Source: Octopus bimaculoides
Lineage: Eukaryota
Reading direction: 5' to 3'
Length of the DNA: 64,000 nt
Assembly: GCF_001194135.2 (NCBI RefSeq)
Contig: NC_068986.1
Location: 114,264,188 to 114,328,187, forward strand
The position numbers and the translations under genes were made by a program. The notes under the pieces were generated by a model. It did not search any database. It was not told the origin of the DNA and saw nothing but the letters and a program-made list of their open reading frames with translations. Positions within the stretch are counted from its first letter, which is position 1; each line of letters opens with the position of its first letter. Shown in pieces: positions 13,381 to 27,327 of this stretch.

Positions 13381-14574
13381 CATTTCAGATAAGCTGATAT
13401 GCTGTGCCTTATCTACGCCACTTATAAATATCCCCAACTAAACTTCATTGTACATTATCTAACCACCAAGAGATGCAATGGGTAGTCTCTAGGCATCATA
13501 GAAATAGCAGCCCTATATCTCATTGGAAAATGAAGTCCTGAATAAATTTAAGCCGAGAGGAAGAGAGGACGGATATGTACAAACTTGAAAGGAAATTGTT
13601 TTATCTGTTCAATCGAGGTTTACTTGAGAATAAACTTCATCAGCAATACCAACACTGACACCAACTGCAAAATCTTCTCTGCATCTCGTCATAAACTCGT
13701 TTAGAATTTCAATGTTACAAACGACAGCATTCAAACTATGAAAGGATCTTGTTATTGCATAGCCCCAAGTTTTTCTTTTTCTTTATTTTTTCTGACTGAG
13801 CAAAGCCAAAAGTTAAAGACATTCCGACATTGTTTCTCAAACAATTTGTCAAAGTCTACAATATCCAAAGTATTCCATTGTCCAATATATCTTACCTATC
13901 CAATGATAAAATGTAAATACAGGAAGATTTCACAGCTATTTCTAGCAGGTCCAGCGTCTACGTAGACACATTTTTATTGATTATTTTTCTCACTTGTTGC
14001 TGTTGTTGTTGTTGTTGTTGTTGTCGTTGTTGTTGTAGTTATTACTATGGTCATTCTTATTCCCTAAGGCGACAGGGCAGGATTTAAAGGAAATTCAGCT
14101 GTCATCTCTTGCAAATCGAGTCCGTGTTATTGTTTTTTGTCGCAGTCGTCGTGTCAAAAGAAGACTCATACAGACGAAACAGCTCGTTTATGGACATGTA
14201 GACAATGTTATATGATGGTTGTAGACACAGGGTGTTCCACGGTGTGGAAACATCTATTCTGACCTAAACAATACACAAAAATATACATACAAATTTTAGT
14301 ACCATTTATCTATAGAATGCAACTTCCACTTGAGCGCCTATTATTGGATACGAAATCCAATTACGACCACATTATATAATTGATACTACAAAAAAAAAAC
14401 AGAATTACTATTTTAAAAGATTTTACCCTCTTTGTTAGATGGGTAGCGTACCCCTATCACACCCAAAACAGTCTCCCACAGGGGTAGTATTCTGGCGTCT
14501 TAAAGTTAGCTAATCCGTCGTCCAATACCCGCTATGTTCTTTTTCTAGTTGTGCACTCGTATATCCTTTTCTAC

Positions 14575-14770
14575 TATAGGCACAAAGCCTGAAAATGTTG
14601 GCGCAGGGTTCTAGCTGATTCCATCGATCCCAGTACTTCACTGGTACTTTTTTCATCGACCCTGAAAAGCAAAGTCGACTCGGTGCAATTTGAACTTAGC
14701 ACGTAAAGACGGACGAAATGCTGCAAAGCATCTCCTCGGCGTGCTAAAGATTCTGCCAGCTCGCCGCCGC
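14575..14770 (-). mobile_element. SINE family A
   Basis: Ends ...ttctgccagctcgccgcc, the reverse complement of the family A 5' end. Confidence 0.85.
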
Positions 14771-15352
14771 CCGAGTGAACAAGAATATTAATGCGTGGAT
14801 TATTAAATGTCTTGTTGAAGACGTAAACGGATTGGTTTGATGGAGATCTAGCTGATGTTTCGAAGAGATTTGAGACAACATAGCAGCTGGCTCCATTGAT
14901 TCCACTTTGACGAAGTTAGTTACCGTCTGTAATACAACGAAAACAACAGAAATAATAATAACAACAAAAACAACAATATCAACATCGAATGTCTGTTTAT
15001 TATTTTTACTTTATGCATTTGCTCCATTTTTCTAAGTCAATATACGTGTGGTGGGGGGGGAGTGTCTGTGTATATACATATATATATATATGTATATATG
15101 TGTGCGTGTGTATGTGTATTTATGTAGGTATATGTGTGTGTGTACGTATAAATATGCATATACATGTGTTTGAGAGAGAGAGTGTGTGTGTGCATATGTG
15201 TATTTGTGTGCGTGAGTGTGTATGTGTGAGTGTGTGCATGTGTGTGTGTGTGTGAGTGCCTGCATGTATACATATATATGTAAATATATGTGCGTGTGCA
15301 TGTATATTTATGTAGGTATATGTGTGTGTATGTACGTATAAACGTGTATATA

Positions 15353-15411
<59 letters not shown>

Positions 15412-15837
15412 ATAAAAAATAGGCTACATTTATGTCTATTGGAACATTTGCCTCTCAACCATTTGTGACATCAGATACAAGATTCAAAGTCAATCGCAGT
15501 CTAATGAATTCCTCAAGGAATTCTAAACAGTTTTCTTCACTTGTAGTGTTGCAATACATGTGAAAGTGAACCATTTGAAATATTTTGTTTTATATGAGCT
15601 TTGTTCGTGCAAAGAACGTGGGAGAGGCGAGTGACATGATTTGAAGGGGGAATTTCGATTACTTCAGCCAAGCTGTCTCAGAAATATTACAGTTGATACA
15701 TATTTCCTACTAGGAATACTCAGATTAAAGGTGAGGTTGTTTCGACAATTATAACCAAGACACTAATGCAACATTATGCTAATCATTATGCTAATCAGTG
15801 CTAATCATTATGCTAATCAGGGATATCTGTAAACTAC

Positions 15838-16119
15838 AGGTGGCTGTGTGATAAGAAGCTTGCTTCCCAAGCACATGGTTCCGGCTTCAGTCACAATGCG
15901 TGGCACCTTGGGCAAGTGTATTCTACTACAGCCTCGGACCGTCCAAAGCCTTGTAAGTGGACTTGGTAGGCAGAAGCTGAAAGAAGCCTGCCGTATATGT
16001 ATGTGTGCGTGCGTGTGCGTGTGTGTGTGTGCNNNNNNNNNNNNNNNNNNNNNNNNNNNNNNNNNNNNNNNNNNNNNNNNNNNNNNNNNNNNNNNNNNNN
16101 NNNNNNNNNNNNNNNNNNN

Positions 16120-16161
<42 letters not shown>

Positions 16162-16410
16162 TGTGTGTGTGTGCGTGAGTGTGTGTGCCTGTGTGTGTGT
16201 CTGTCTGTCACCCCACCATTGCTTGACAACCGATGCTGGTGTGTTCAAGTCCTCGTAACTTAGCGATTCTGCAAATGATACCGATAGAATAGGTACTATG
16301 ATGCATACAAAGAATAAGTCCTGGGGTCAATTTTTTCGACTAAAACCCTTTAAGGCGGTGCTCTAGCATGGCCGCAGTTAAGTGACTGAAGCAAGTAAAA
16401 GAATAAAAGC
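15838..16410 (+). mobile_element. SINE family B, long form interrupted by (TG)n and a gap
   Basis: Head at 15838-15995, internal TG microsatellite, tail at 16200-16410 ending gtaaaagaataaaag. Confidence 0.85.
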
Positions 16411-16583
16411 AACCAGTCAACACCTGCCGAACCGATTTTCCCACCATGAGACCTCAATGTGGTTGCTAACCCAGCTAGATCTCACTTATGTTTCAGCCTA
16501 TCGTCCCTTGACAAATAAGGAAAAGGACGCATGGTTCGTAGCAGGGTGTCTATATGCGTGCATGTATGAGTGTTTATGTGTGA

Positions 16584-16770
16584 GAGAACGTGGGTTAGTG
16601 GTTAAAGTCTTTCACCCATGATTGCAAGATTGTGGTTTCGATTCCTGGACCGAGCGATGTGTTGTGTCCTTGAATAAAAAAACCTTCATTTTACGTTCTC
16701 CCAGTCAACTCTGTCGGCAACAATGCATGATCTTGCGACAGACCGGCATCCGGTCCATAGGGGAATGTAC
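16584..16770 (+). mobile_element. tRNA-headed SINE family C
   Basis: ttagtggttaaag...ggtttcgattcctggacc (A/B boxes); homologous to 47644-47863(-), 34308 and 56933. Confidence 0.8.
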
Positions 16771-18208
16771 ACGAACAACGAAAGAAACAAATGGAAAACA
16801 AAAAAAGCAACATAAAGAACGACCCTTCAACAGTTGATGGCTTTTTTTCTAGTCTCGTATTTCGAGCATTTAACAACAATATATGCTTTCGATAAAACAG
16901 TTGCTCCCGCAAAGCAAATTAAATAAAATTTGGGATTGTTGAGGAGAGTCAAAATAGGTAACACAAACAGGACGGTGAAAACAAACACGAAGGGCTGCTA
17001 AGCCTAAACGAGGTTGTGGTGGCGAACGCGTAAATCAATCTAGGACAGGAGACAAACAAAAACACGCCTTCCTTGTTCCAGCTACAACGGAGAAACAGAA
17101 CCACAAGTTAGAAGAAAGATGGCCGATGATCACATGGGAGCCACGTGAGCAAGGGAGGAGGAGTGAGGGAGAGAGAGTGACAGAGTAATAGGAAGGAATA
17201 GCGGGANNNNNNNNNNNNNNNNNNNNNNNNNNNNNNNNNNNNNNNNNNNNNNNNNNNNNNNNNNNNNNNNNNNNNNNNNNNNNNNNNNNNNNNNNNNNNN
17301 NNNNNNNNNNNNNNNNNNNNNNNNNNNNNNNNNNNNNNNNNNNNNNNNNNNNNNNNNNNNNNNNNNNNNNNNNNNNNNNNNNNNNNNNNNNNNNNNNNNN
17401 NNNNNNNNNNNNNNNNNNNNNNNNNNNNNNNNNNNNNNNNNNNNNNNNNNNNNNNNNNNNNNNNNNNNNNNNNNNNNNNNNNNNNNNNNNNNNNNNNNNN
17501 NNNNNNNNNNNNNNNNNNNNNNNNNNNNNNNNNNNNNNNNNNNNNNNNNNNNNNNNNNNNNNNNNNNNNNNNNNNNNNNNNNNNNNNNNNNNNNNNNNNN
17601 NNNNNNNNNNNNNNNNNNNNNNNNNNNNNNNNNNNNNNNNNNNNNNNNNNNNNNNNNNNNNNNNNNNNNNNNNTTGTATATATATATATATATATATACA
17701 TATATATATGTGTGTATATATATATATATAGAGAGAGAGAGTCCTAGTCAGTCGATCTAGTTAAGGATAATGAAAACTTTGTTTCTGTTGATATCTGGTA
17801 TAATGAGTGCAAGGCGTGTAAAGGGGACTCTCTGGCATAGAGTAAGTCTGTCTGAGAGTGAACTCCAGTAATGAAATTCAGTTTCTATGGTAAATGTAAT
17901 TGGCTTTTATACTCACTAGAGTGACGTTCTAGCTTCATCACATCTAGACGTCGGTTTGTGTAAGCACATATATTGATATTTGTGTAAATCTGTATAGGTA
18001 TGTGTGTGCGTGGGGGGGGGGGCATTATCTATATATTAGTAAATGAGGATATGTGTATGTTTATGCGTAAAACATTATGTATGTGTTTATATATGTGCGT
18101 GTCTGTATGTGTATTTGTATATGCGTCCGTCTGTATGTGCATTTGTAAGAATTCATCTGTGAGTAAGTTTGTACATTTAAGTATATATGTATATGTGATT
18201 ATACGAAC

Positions 18209-18240
<32 letters not shown>

Positions 18241-18744
18241 AAAAGAGTATTGTAATTTACTTATACACANNNNNNNNNNATATATATATATATATATTAT
18301 ATATATACATACAGAGAGGAGAGAGAAACAGAGAGAGAGAGGGAGACAGAGACATATATGTAATGTATGTATGTATGTATGTATGTATGTATAATAGCCA
18401 GAAAGGAGAAAGAAAAATATTAATTAATGTCAGTGCCAGCAGATATGTGTAAATGAAGATGTTAGCCAAGTCCAAAGTATGAAAATAGCACAAGCTCTGA
18501 TCACGGAGAGCAACTTACTGGCAAAGTGCCACAGACTTGTCTGTTGGACATTAAATTAAACCAGGCCTCAATGGCAGCGGGTGAAACTTTCACAGGGGTT
18601 CAAAGTTCATGAGTGTATACAGCCAAACAACAACTTCAAGAAAACTATGTGTGTGTATACGCATACACGCATGCATTTATGCAGATGTATACATCTGCAT
18701 ATACATATAGATATATATATATACACACACATAGTTATATATAT

Positions 18745-18815
<71 letters not shown>

Positions 18816-19339
18816 GTGTGTGTGTGTGTATATGATATGCATAAGAAATAAACTTGACAAAATTGGGTCGATTATTTCAGATAAATATTAGTGAATGTGA
18901 TGATTAAATGATTGTTTTAAAACTGCGTGTTAATTAAAATCGTATTAATAACCTTATTAAAAGCTACAGTGGTTCATTAGCTAGGCAATGACCTCGAATT
19001 TTGTATCTGGTGTCTAAACCCGAAGCCAATGGCTGAGCTGCCATGTAATCCCTTGATCGACAAGAAATAGAAGCTAAATATCCCTGAAATTGCACCGTAA
19101 TGCCTTTAAAATGAAAGGATACATTCTGCAATGACTTCCAGAGAAAATGAATGTGTGATGTTCACGATTGAAATGTTTTGGGTATTGAGTCTGCTTAATC
19201 AGGGCCTTTGTTGCATCACGTAGTAATATTAGACAAAGAGGCAGCCTTTATGTCGTCAGCAGACATGGTAGAAATAGCAACCAAATCTCCTCAAATTACA
19301 TACTATCGTCTGGAGAAGACCACACAATAGATGAATAGA

Positions 19340-19890
19340 TAACTGTCCTCATCTTCATCACAAGCATCGTATGCCTGCAGGGCATTGATGACACTACACC
19401 GAAAGTCTTCCCGATGAGGTGTGAGTTCTCCAGATCTTCTTGCCACTCTTGTTCAACCAGCTCTTGATATTGTCCATCCATTGCGTTCTTTGCCTGCCTC
19501 TTGATCAACTAACTACGTTCTACTTTTCTTTCCATATTGTTTCCTGAACATCTGCTTCTCCAAATATGGTCATAATCGATGAGCTTTTATTTTTTTCCCA
19601 ATGTTCAGGAGTTGTCGTCTTTCACTTACTTATTGTAACACCTATTCGTTTGCCTGATGCTTCTTGTGAGAGACTTTTAACATTCTCCTATAAAACGCAC
19701 ACCACAAACGCATTGATTATGTTCTCTTCAAATGTGTTCTGAGTCCATGCTTCGCAAGTATAAACGTCTACTGGCCAATTGAGCGATCGCACTAACTTTG
19801 TTTTTAACTAAGTTGAAACACTTTTGCTATTCCAAATAATACTGCCCCAGATACTACCAAAACAAGTGGCGATGTTCCTGGATGGATTGG
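19340..19890 (-). mobile_element. RTE/BovB-like LINE 3' fragment
   Basis: Minus-strand peptides RSLNWPVDVYTCEAWT, INAFVVRFYRRMLKVS and RGRQRTQWMDNIKSW resemble RTE C-terminal motifs; many stops and frameshifts. Confidence 0.75.
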
Positions 19891-19959
19891 TTCATTGGGA
19901 ATGATATGGAGCTAAGTTGTAATAATATAAAGAAGACATTATATTACTTGGGTATCCAT

Positions 19960-20160
19960 ATGTAGTCGTGGTCAGTCGACTAGCGAGAAATAGCAACTGA
20001 ATTTATGACCCCTTACTGTCCTTAAGAAGGGGATAATGGATAACGGAAACACATCGTTTAAATTTGAAAATTAAATAACAGGGTGGTCATTTGCTGGGAT
20101 ATCATTGATAATAAGCCTGCTGGACCGGAATTGACCTGCGGTCAAACAACAAACGCAACA
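19960..20160. repeat. Interspersed repeat family F (degenerate)
   Basis: Motifs ctagaaatagcagc / gctatttctag and gaccatccc recur near 13490, 13935, 19060, 19265, 21015-21300, 32705, 40255 and 42310-42500. Confidence 0.6.
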
Positions 20161-20416
20161 GAGGATACCGCTTTACTGGGTCAAGACTAACAGTCTAGAC
20201 TCAGTAAGGCGGTCTCCTTTGTAGTGAAGGAGTGAAGGAGTTAATCTGAGGCAAGAAGGGTTAAAATGTCTTGTCTAATGACGAAACGATCCCAATGCAA
20301 ACATCTTGATATGTGTGTCGGTTAATTAACTGAATACTTCGGTTTATTACTTAAATACATTTAATCCGATTTTAGTTTGAAGTATTATCATTAAGATTGA
20401 TTCAAACTGAAGAAAG

Positions 20417-20481
<65 letters not shown>

Positions 20482-20494
20482 GTGATGGTGGGGG

Positions 20495-20528
<34 letters not shown>

Positions 20529-20587
20529 AAGAAGAAGAAGAAGAAGAAGAAGAAGAAGAAGAAGAAGAAGAAGAAGAAGAAGAAGAA
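20417..20587. repeat. Compound microsatellite (GAT)n-(AAG)n
   Basis: Directly visible; source of the poly-D/K/M/R ORFs. Confidence 0.95.
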
Positions 20588-21439
20588 TCCAATATTTAAC
20601 AAGACGAAAAGATCAACATGAAAGTGATGTTTGTAAAGTGTTGAGTGTGAAAGAACGTGTAGTGACTGGTTGGACGTTGTTCACAGTCAGTTGATGGGTT
20701 CGACGTGTATTTGGATAACGGCAGACATGGAAACCTATTTTCATAAGTCTCGTGTATCTCGATAGCAGGTGTACACTGTTATTGGAGGCCCCTACGATCA
20801 CTGAGTATGCATTTGATGAAATAAAATCCAATGACACTCCTACACTGAGCAGCTCGCTATCACTGAGTGGTCCTTTATAAGGGGGGGGGGGGTCAATTAT
20901 TATTATTATTTGTACGTATCAGTCATGTCTGTTCCCGTTCTCAGTCGAGGTACACCGCAAATGGCAGCTGACGGTGCAAGTATTTTTCAAGACAACATGG
21001 CAGCGAGTGTTGTTGTTACTACGGTTTAAACCTAGGATAATCCTGATCGAACAAACGTGTGGTCACAGGAATTGTAGCTCGGATCCTCGCATGTTTTAGT
21101 GGCCCAACCACAAAGGACTAAATTATCCAAAGACTCTTTCATTTTTCCAAGACGATAAAGTGGCTGTTATTGCTAGCAATTCCATTGACCACGTAGTGCC
21201 TGTCTCGTTGTTTCATGTTAGTTTTTGCCCCTTGGTCAACTTTGGTCGAGCAGACATATTTATCAAAACCTTTTCAAACGTAACTATCAAGTCAGTCAAA
21301 TGTATTTTTCGTTATCTAATGCAGTTTTTCGTTTTAAAATCATTATAATGTGATTTGAATAAGATTTAGCTTCTAGTTTTAACGAGTCGGTCTGTTGATT
21401 GGTTCCAGTTTTAACGTAGAGGCTCTCGGCTGAATCTTT

Positions 21440-21870
21440 CTTCCACGTGTGCAACAGTTGGTCAATCTGTCCAGTACCACCAGTCTTACTCGCTTTCTTG
21501 CCAAGATAACTTTGGTTTCGACAGTCAGCCGGACATCAATGCCTCACTAGATTACGTCCGACCATATGTCATTTGGTTATCACAGATAACGATAGTGTCA
21601 CCATTACTGTTCCTTGTGGATCTCTGTGACACCAGCCTGTTAACAGAGCACTTTTTTCACCTGTTGTCATGTCTCGTCCTTAAGTTTTCAAATTTCTTTT
21701 TTGAGATCATATGGAATGAAACTTACTCCGGCTAGGATGAAGCTGATGTATGCCATATTTCACTTTGACCGTTCCTTAATAATAAATTCCTCAGCTAATG
21801 AAGCAATCTCATTTGTGGACATGCCTTCGCTATGCACCTTTCTTTCAGTAAATTCAACCTGCTTCATAAC
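21440..21870 (-). mobile_element. Possible Tc1-like transposase remnant
   Basis: Minus-strand peptides SEGMSTNEIA and QAGVTE resemble a Tc1 N-terminal HTH region; heavily degraded. Confidence 0.3.
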
Positions 21871-22089
21871 TTCTGTTTTGCTATATTTTTTTATTCAGTT
21901 ATTTTTTTACCTAAATCCTTTCGTAGACTGAAAATGCATTTGTTTGGAAAATATAGAAAACAAAAGACAAAAATGAAAGCTTTTCATCCAGTAATAATAC
22001 CTGACAATAAACTAATTTTCTCGAAGCAATCTAAAACGCGTCTTTTCACTCAGAAACATAGGAATAATAATAATAATAACAATAATAAC

Positions 22090-22138
<49 letters not shown>

Positions 22139-22139
22139 T

Positions 22140-22932
22140 AATGAGCTATTTTATGCCTTTTCTAAAGTGGACAAAGGTAAAGATACTGGAATTAGATATG
22201 AGACCTAGGAAGCTGCTCATAATGCACAATGTGCATCACCCTAAAAGTAATATCGACAAGCTCTTATTAGCAACAAAAGAAGCATGTAGAGGTTTGTTAC
22301 ACGCAGAAGACGCCATTAATACCGCAGTATTGGGTTTGAGAAACAATACAGAAAGGAAAAAACGTTGTGCATAATTATGAAAGAATATTGTTAGCAAGCA
22401 GAAATATCCAAAATGCTACTGAATCAGTGGACGAATTCAAGAACAGAAGGAAGAGCAGCAAGACAAATAGTGGGTAAGAGAAGGAATTATATAGCCTGTA
22501 TATGTAACAAATCGAGGATGTCGGAAGTGGAGAAAGCTGGTTGTGATTGGAAGATGGAAAGCTGAAAAGACAGAATGAATCCCTAATTACAGCCGCTCAG
22601 GAACATGCCATTAGAATAAACTTGGTAAAGACAAAGACCGATAAAACTATGAGAGTAAATGAAGAATCTGTGGAATAGGAGAGGAAAGTATTAAGCATCT
22701 AAGTCAGCGTCTCGCAACCGAGGTTTCCTGGAACCCTAGGGTTCCGCAAAAGGTTCCTGGGAATTCTGAGAGAAAGAGTGAGATAAGCTAACGCTAATTT
22801 CATGATTGTAATATCACTATACATGCACAACATATTATTGGTTATTGTAATATTGTAATATAGACATCATCCTATCTAACCCTATAATGTTATCAAAAAA
22901 ATGCAACAACCATATATATACATATATATATA

Positions 22933-22987
<55 letters not shown>

Positions 22988-23114
22988 NNNNNNNNNNNNN
23001 NNNNNNNNNNNNNNNNNNNNNNNNNNNNNNNNNNNNNNNNNNNNNNNNNNNNNNNNNNNNNNNNNNNNNNNNNNNNNNNNNNNNNNNNNNNNNNNNNNNN
23101 NNNNNNNNNNNNNN

Positions 23115-23171
<57 letters not shown>

Positions 23172-23895
23172 ATATATATGATACGTGATCTACGATGAGA
23201 AAATATGGGATAGACGTGGTATATAATTTTTTTGTGCAGGTCTTCCTTGAGACATGTAATTTACTTTAATGGTTACGCAAGGATAAAACAGGTTGAGAAA
23301 CACTGATCTAAGTGAATGCAGTAAGCTAGCAGAAAAATGGTATAAGCGCAGACATGACTGTATCGATAAAAGAAGGCACTTGGATGTTAGCTGTGTTTGT
23401 GAATTCGTAGTTACAGGAAAATGGTAAGAACAAGTGCCAAAGGTTGTGACTGTGAATGATGGCTAGAAGATTTTATGAGATTTCTCATAAAAACCAGCCG
23501 TACTACTGAAGAAAGGAGATTACACATTATCGTAGAAATAGGAAAAAAATCAAACTGTAAAATCATAGACTTTGTTATACCATGTGTTAATAGAGCAGAT
23601 ATCGGAGAAATCGAGAAATTTGAGAAATATCAAGAACTGGCCAAAAAGAGGAAGTGTTTGTGGATGATAAAGTTGACAATTATTCCTGTGGTAACTGGTG
23701 CCCCTGGCAAAATACTCAAACTACTATTTAAGAAGTTGAAGGCTATTGGACTCGAAATACGCATTGTCGACCAGCAGAAAAGTGTAATCCTATATTCTGT
23801 AAGAAACCTAGGAAAGATTCTTGAAATTTGAGGAGACTTTTCACCAAACCTCAAGATAACTTCCCTAACGATTAAATAAGTATGTAATTGCTTTT
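22140..23895 (+). mobile_element. R4/Dong-type RLE LINE, 5'-truncated, flanked by (TAA)n and split by a hAT MITE
   Basis: WTKVKILELDMRPRKLLIMHNVHHPKSNIDKL (post-RT), ESIKHLS|ECSKLAEKWYKRRHD (zinc-knuckle region) and KIIDFVIP...IEKFEKYQELA...IIPVVTGAPG (RLE). Confidence 0.9.
22705..23305. mobile_element. hAT (Charlie-like) MITE with an 8-bp TSD
   Basis: TIRs cagcgtctcgcaacc / ggttgagaaacactg; TSD atctaagt at 22697-22704 and 23306-23313. Confidence 0.9.
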
Positions 23896-23896
23896 A

Positions 23897-23940
<44 letters not shown>

Positions 23941-23941
<1 letters not shown>

Positions 23942-24280
23942 CCGACAGAACGATCCAGGCTGATCGACCAGAAATGGTCATTAAAGACGGGGAATAAAAT
24001 ACTTGTAGACTAATAGATGTAAGTATTCCCACTAAAAAAATATATCTGTCAAGGAAATTAACAAACTAAGTAAATATAAGGACCTGGAAATTGGAATACA
24101 AAAGATCTGGCATCTTAAAACGAGAACTGTTCCTGTTATTGTGGGTGTCCTAGGTATCAAAAAAAAAGGGATATCAAAAACATCTAGATAATATCCCAGG
24201 AGAACCATGTCTCAGAGAAACCTAAAAAATTGTGTTGACAAGTACTGCCCACATCCTTAGAAAAAGCCTATCAATATAAA
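23941..24280 (+). mobile_element. Second R4/Dong-type RLE fragment
   Basis: DRTIQADRPEMVIKD...LIDVSIP...KLSKYKDLEIGIQKIWHLKTRTVPVIVGVLG; begins right after (TAA)n. Confidence 0.85.
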
Positions 24281-24468
24281 TGTCTGTGTTGTATTACATG
24301 AAGATATTTTACTATTGCCCCAGCCACTTACCCTCCCCAAGCTATCAGTCGTAAACATCTCTTATCCTTCACTCGCACTCGGACAATACGTACGAAGGCA
24401 TGCATGTAAATGTATGTGTGTGCGCGCACGAGTAATCAAGTATGCTTGTATGTATGCATTTATGTATC

Positions 24469-24519
<51 letters not shown>

Positions 24520-24923
24520 NNNNNNNNNNNNNNNNNNNNNNNNNNNNNNNNNNNNNNNNNNNNNNNNNNNNNNNNNNNNNNNNNNNNNNNNNNNNNNNNN
24601 NNNNNNNNNNNNNNNNNNNNNNNNNNNNNNNNNNNNNNNNNNNNNNNNNNNNNNNNNNNNNNNNNNNNNNNNNNNNNNNNNNNNNNNNNNNNNNNNNNNN
24701 NNNNNNNNNNNNNNNNNNNNNNNNNNNNNNNNNNNNNNNNNNNNNNNNNNNNNNNNNNNNNNNNNNNNNNNNNNNNNNNNNNNNNNNNNNNNNNNNNNNN
24801 NNNNNNNNNNNNNNNNNNNNNNNNNNNNNNNNNNNNNNNNNNNNNNNNNNNNNNNNNNNNNNNNNNNNNNNNNNNNNNNNNNNNNNNNNNNNNNNNNNNN
24901 NNNNNNNNNNNNNNNNNNNNNNN

Positions 24924-24977
<54 letters not shown>

Positions 24978-25067
24978 TATATGGATGTATGTATTTATAT
25001 ACGTGTGTGCGTGTATTACATATATATGTGTGTAGATACACACACACACATATACACATATACACAC

Positions 25068-25111
<44 letters not shown>

Positions 25112-25227
25112 GGATAGACAGGTGGTTTGAAATAGATATAGATACATATGTAATTATATATGTATCTATTCATAGATATATATACCTATGTTTATGTATA
25201 CACATATCTACAAATAAGTATATATAT

Positions 25228-25276
<49 letters not shown>

Positions 25277-26926
25277 CATACATATATATACATATATATA
25301 TNNNNNNNNNNNNNNNNNNNNNNNNNNNNNNNNNNNNNNNNNNNNNNNNNNNNNNNNNNNNNNNNNNNNNNNNNNNNNNNNNNNNNNNNNNNNNNNNNNN
25401 NNNNNNNNNNNNNNNNNNNNNNNNNNNNNNNNNNNNNNNNNNNNNNNNNNNNNNNNNNNNNNNNNNNNNNNNNNNNNNNNNNNNNNNNNNNNNNNNNNNN
25501 NNNNNNNNNNNNNNNNNNNNNNNNNNNNNNNNNNNNNNNNNNNNNNNNNNNNNNNNNNNNNNNNNNNNNNNNNNNNNNNNNNNNNNNNNNNNNNNNNNAT
25601 ATTACATCTCATCGATATACCGATCTCATTTTATTACTGTATGGAATGTACAGACACACAGACAGGGTCAGCGAAGGAGAGAATAAGAATGAGGGTGTGT
25701 GAAGGGATGAGATAGTGAGTGGGAGAAGAAGAAGAAGAAGAAGAAGAAGAAGAAGAAGAAGAAGAAGAAGAAGAAGAAGAAGAAGAAGAAGAAGAAGAAC
25801 AACAACAACAACAACAACAACAACAAGAGAAGTTGGAAGAAGGGAAGTAGTAGTGTTAGTAAAAAAAAAAGAAGGAAAGAATGAATGAATGAATGAATGA
25901 AAAGACGAACGAATGTGTAAGGAAGCGGAAAGGGAGAGAAGGAAAGAGAAAGGGAAGTGTGGAAAATAGAATGAGAATAGAAGAGGAAAAGGTAGAAAAT
26001 AATAAACTACAAAGCTGTATAATCGTACAAAAAACATAGTTGACCCCGGCTGCAGTCAACTTGAGCACAAAAGGGAAGAAACTCCGTAAAGCATTTTGTC
26101 CGACGCACTAACAATTCTGCTAGTCTACCTCTGTTTACTAAATGAATATGGTTTCTCTTCGTATTTGTTTTTTTTTTTTTGTTTTTTACGAAGAGCAGGT
26201 GAAATCAGAGAGAAAATGAACCAACACGTATGCCAACAATTGCTCAAAATCTAGAGTGGTCTGACTAAAACAGCACAAAACTAATGTTTGTCTGCAAAAC
26301 ATACACTGCAAAAAATACAGTGGGATAAAGGCAACCACAGACTATGGAAACACAGAAACAGTTGACAGCATCAAGTTTGGTTGTCAACTTGTTGTCAAGG
26401 CAGAATATACGAACCTTCAGAGATCAGCGAATGGGTAGTTTAGCAATTAATTAATAGGAAGGTCTTTCCACATTGATAGCAAAAAATAGTGGTCAAAGAC
26501 CACATCAAATCTGATAAGTTAAAATGACAATCTGGAATGAGTTGGCATATTGTTTGTTGAGACTGACAAGAATATTTAAGCGAACTCTCAGATAGCATGA
26601 CCAAAGATTGAAAAGAAAATCTATGAACTCTGATAGACATTAAAATCCAATCCCACTAAAATATCGCCCGAAAGGAAATTAAAAAACTACCAAAGAACAA
26701 AAAGCTGCAACAGGCATAAGCAATATAAAGTGCGCAACAGCAAAACGAGTGCCATTACAGTACTGGGCTGGATAAAAGAAAACTTAAAAGCATAAATGTT
26801 ACAAGGGGCCACTAACTGTGTAAACAAACCAAAGCTATAACCGTATACGATTATCCTAATTCAGTATCACAACTCACATAACACACATTCTACATAACAT
26901 AACTTATAGATAATATTCTACACACC

Positions 26927-27137
26927 TAAGGCGGTTAGCAAGCCGGGCAAAATGCTTAGCGGTATTTCGTCTGCGGTTACGTTCTGAGTTCAAATTCCAC
27001 CGAGGTCCACTTTGCATTTCATCCTTTCGGGGTCGATAAAGTAAGTACCAGTTGCGTCCTGGGGTAGATGAAATCGACTTAATCTCCTTGTTTGTCCCCT
27101 TTATGTTTATCCCCTTGTGGACAATAAAGAAATAAGA
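26927..27137 (+). mobile_element. SINE family A
   Basis: High similarity to 30566-30797, ends ccccttgtggacaataaagaaata. Confidence 0.9.
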
Positions 27138-27149
27138 AATGAAATACTC

Positions 27150-27292
27150 TCCAGCCTTCATCAGGTGTCTTGGGGAAATTTCGAATCTGGGTTCTCATTT
27201 CTAGGATATTTTTCGATGTTATTATTATTATTAATCGAACTCGGAATCTTGGGGTTAGTAGCGCGCGCCTTTAACCACTACGCCATATGCCC
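27150..27292 (-). mobile_element. Family E: tRNA-like head + (AAT)n linker + truncated Penelope-type tail
   Basis: The minus strand reads GGGCATATGGCGTAGTGGTTAAAG...GAGTTCGATT, then (AAT)n, then ACATCGAAAAATATCCTAG...CCCCAAGACACCTGATGAAGGCTGGA, matching 38690-38770. Confidence 0.75.
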
Positions 27293-27327
27293 GTGGGCAG
27301 TTGTGGAGTGAATTTTAGGGCTTATAA

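Noticed and set aside
13890-13965. Minus-strand exon with a strong donor
   Set aside because: Overlaps the family F motif and is not phase-compatible with neighbouring candidates.
16850-16900. Minus-strand hammerhead-like stem (AGCAT/ATGCT then CGAAAT)
   Set aside because: The CUGANGA core is absent and stem I cannot be formed.
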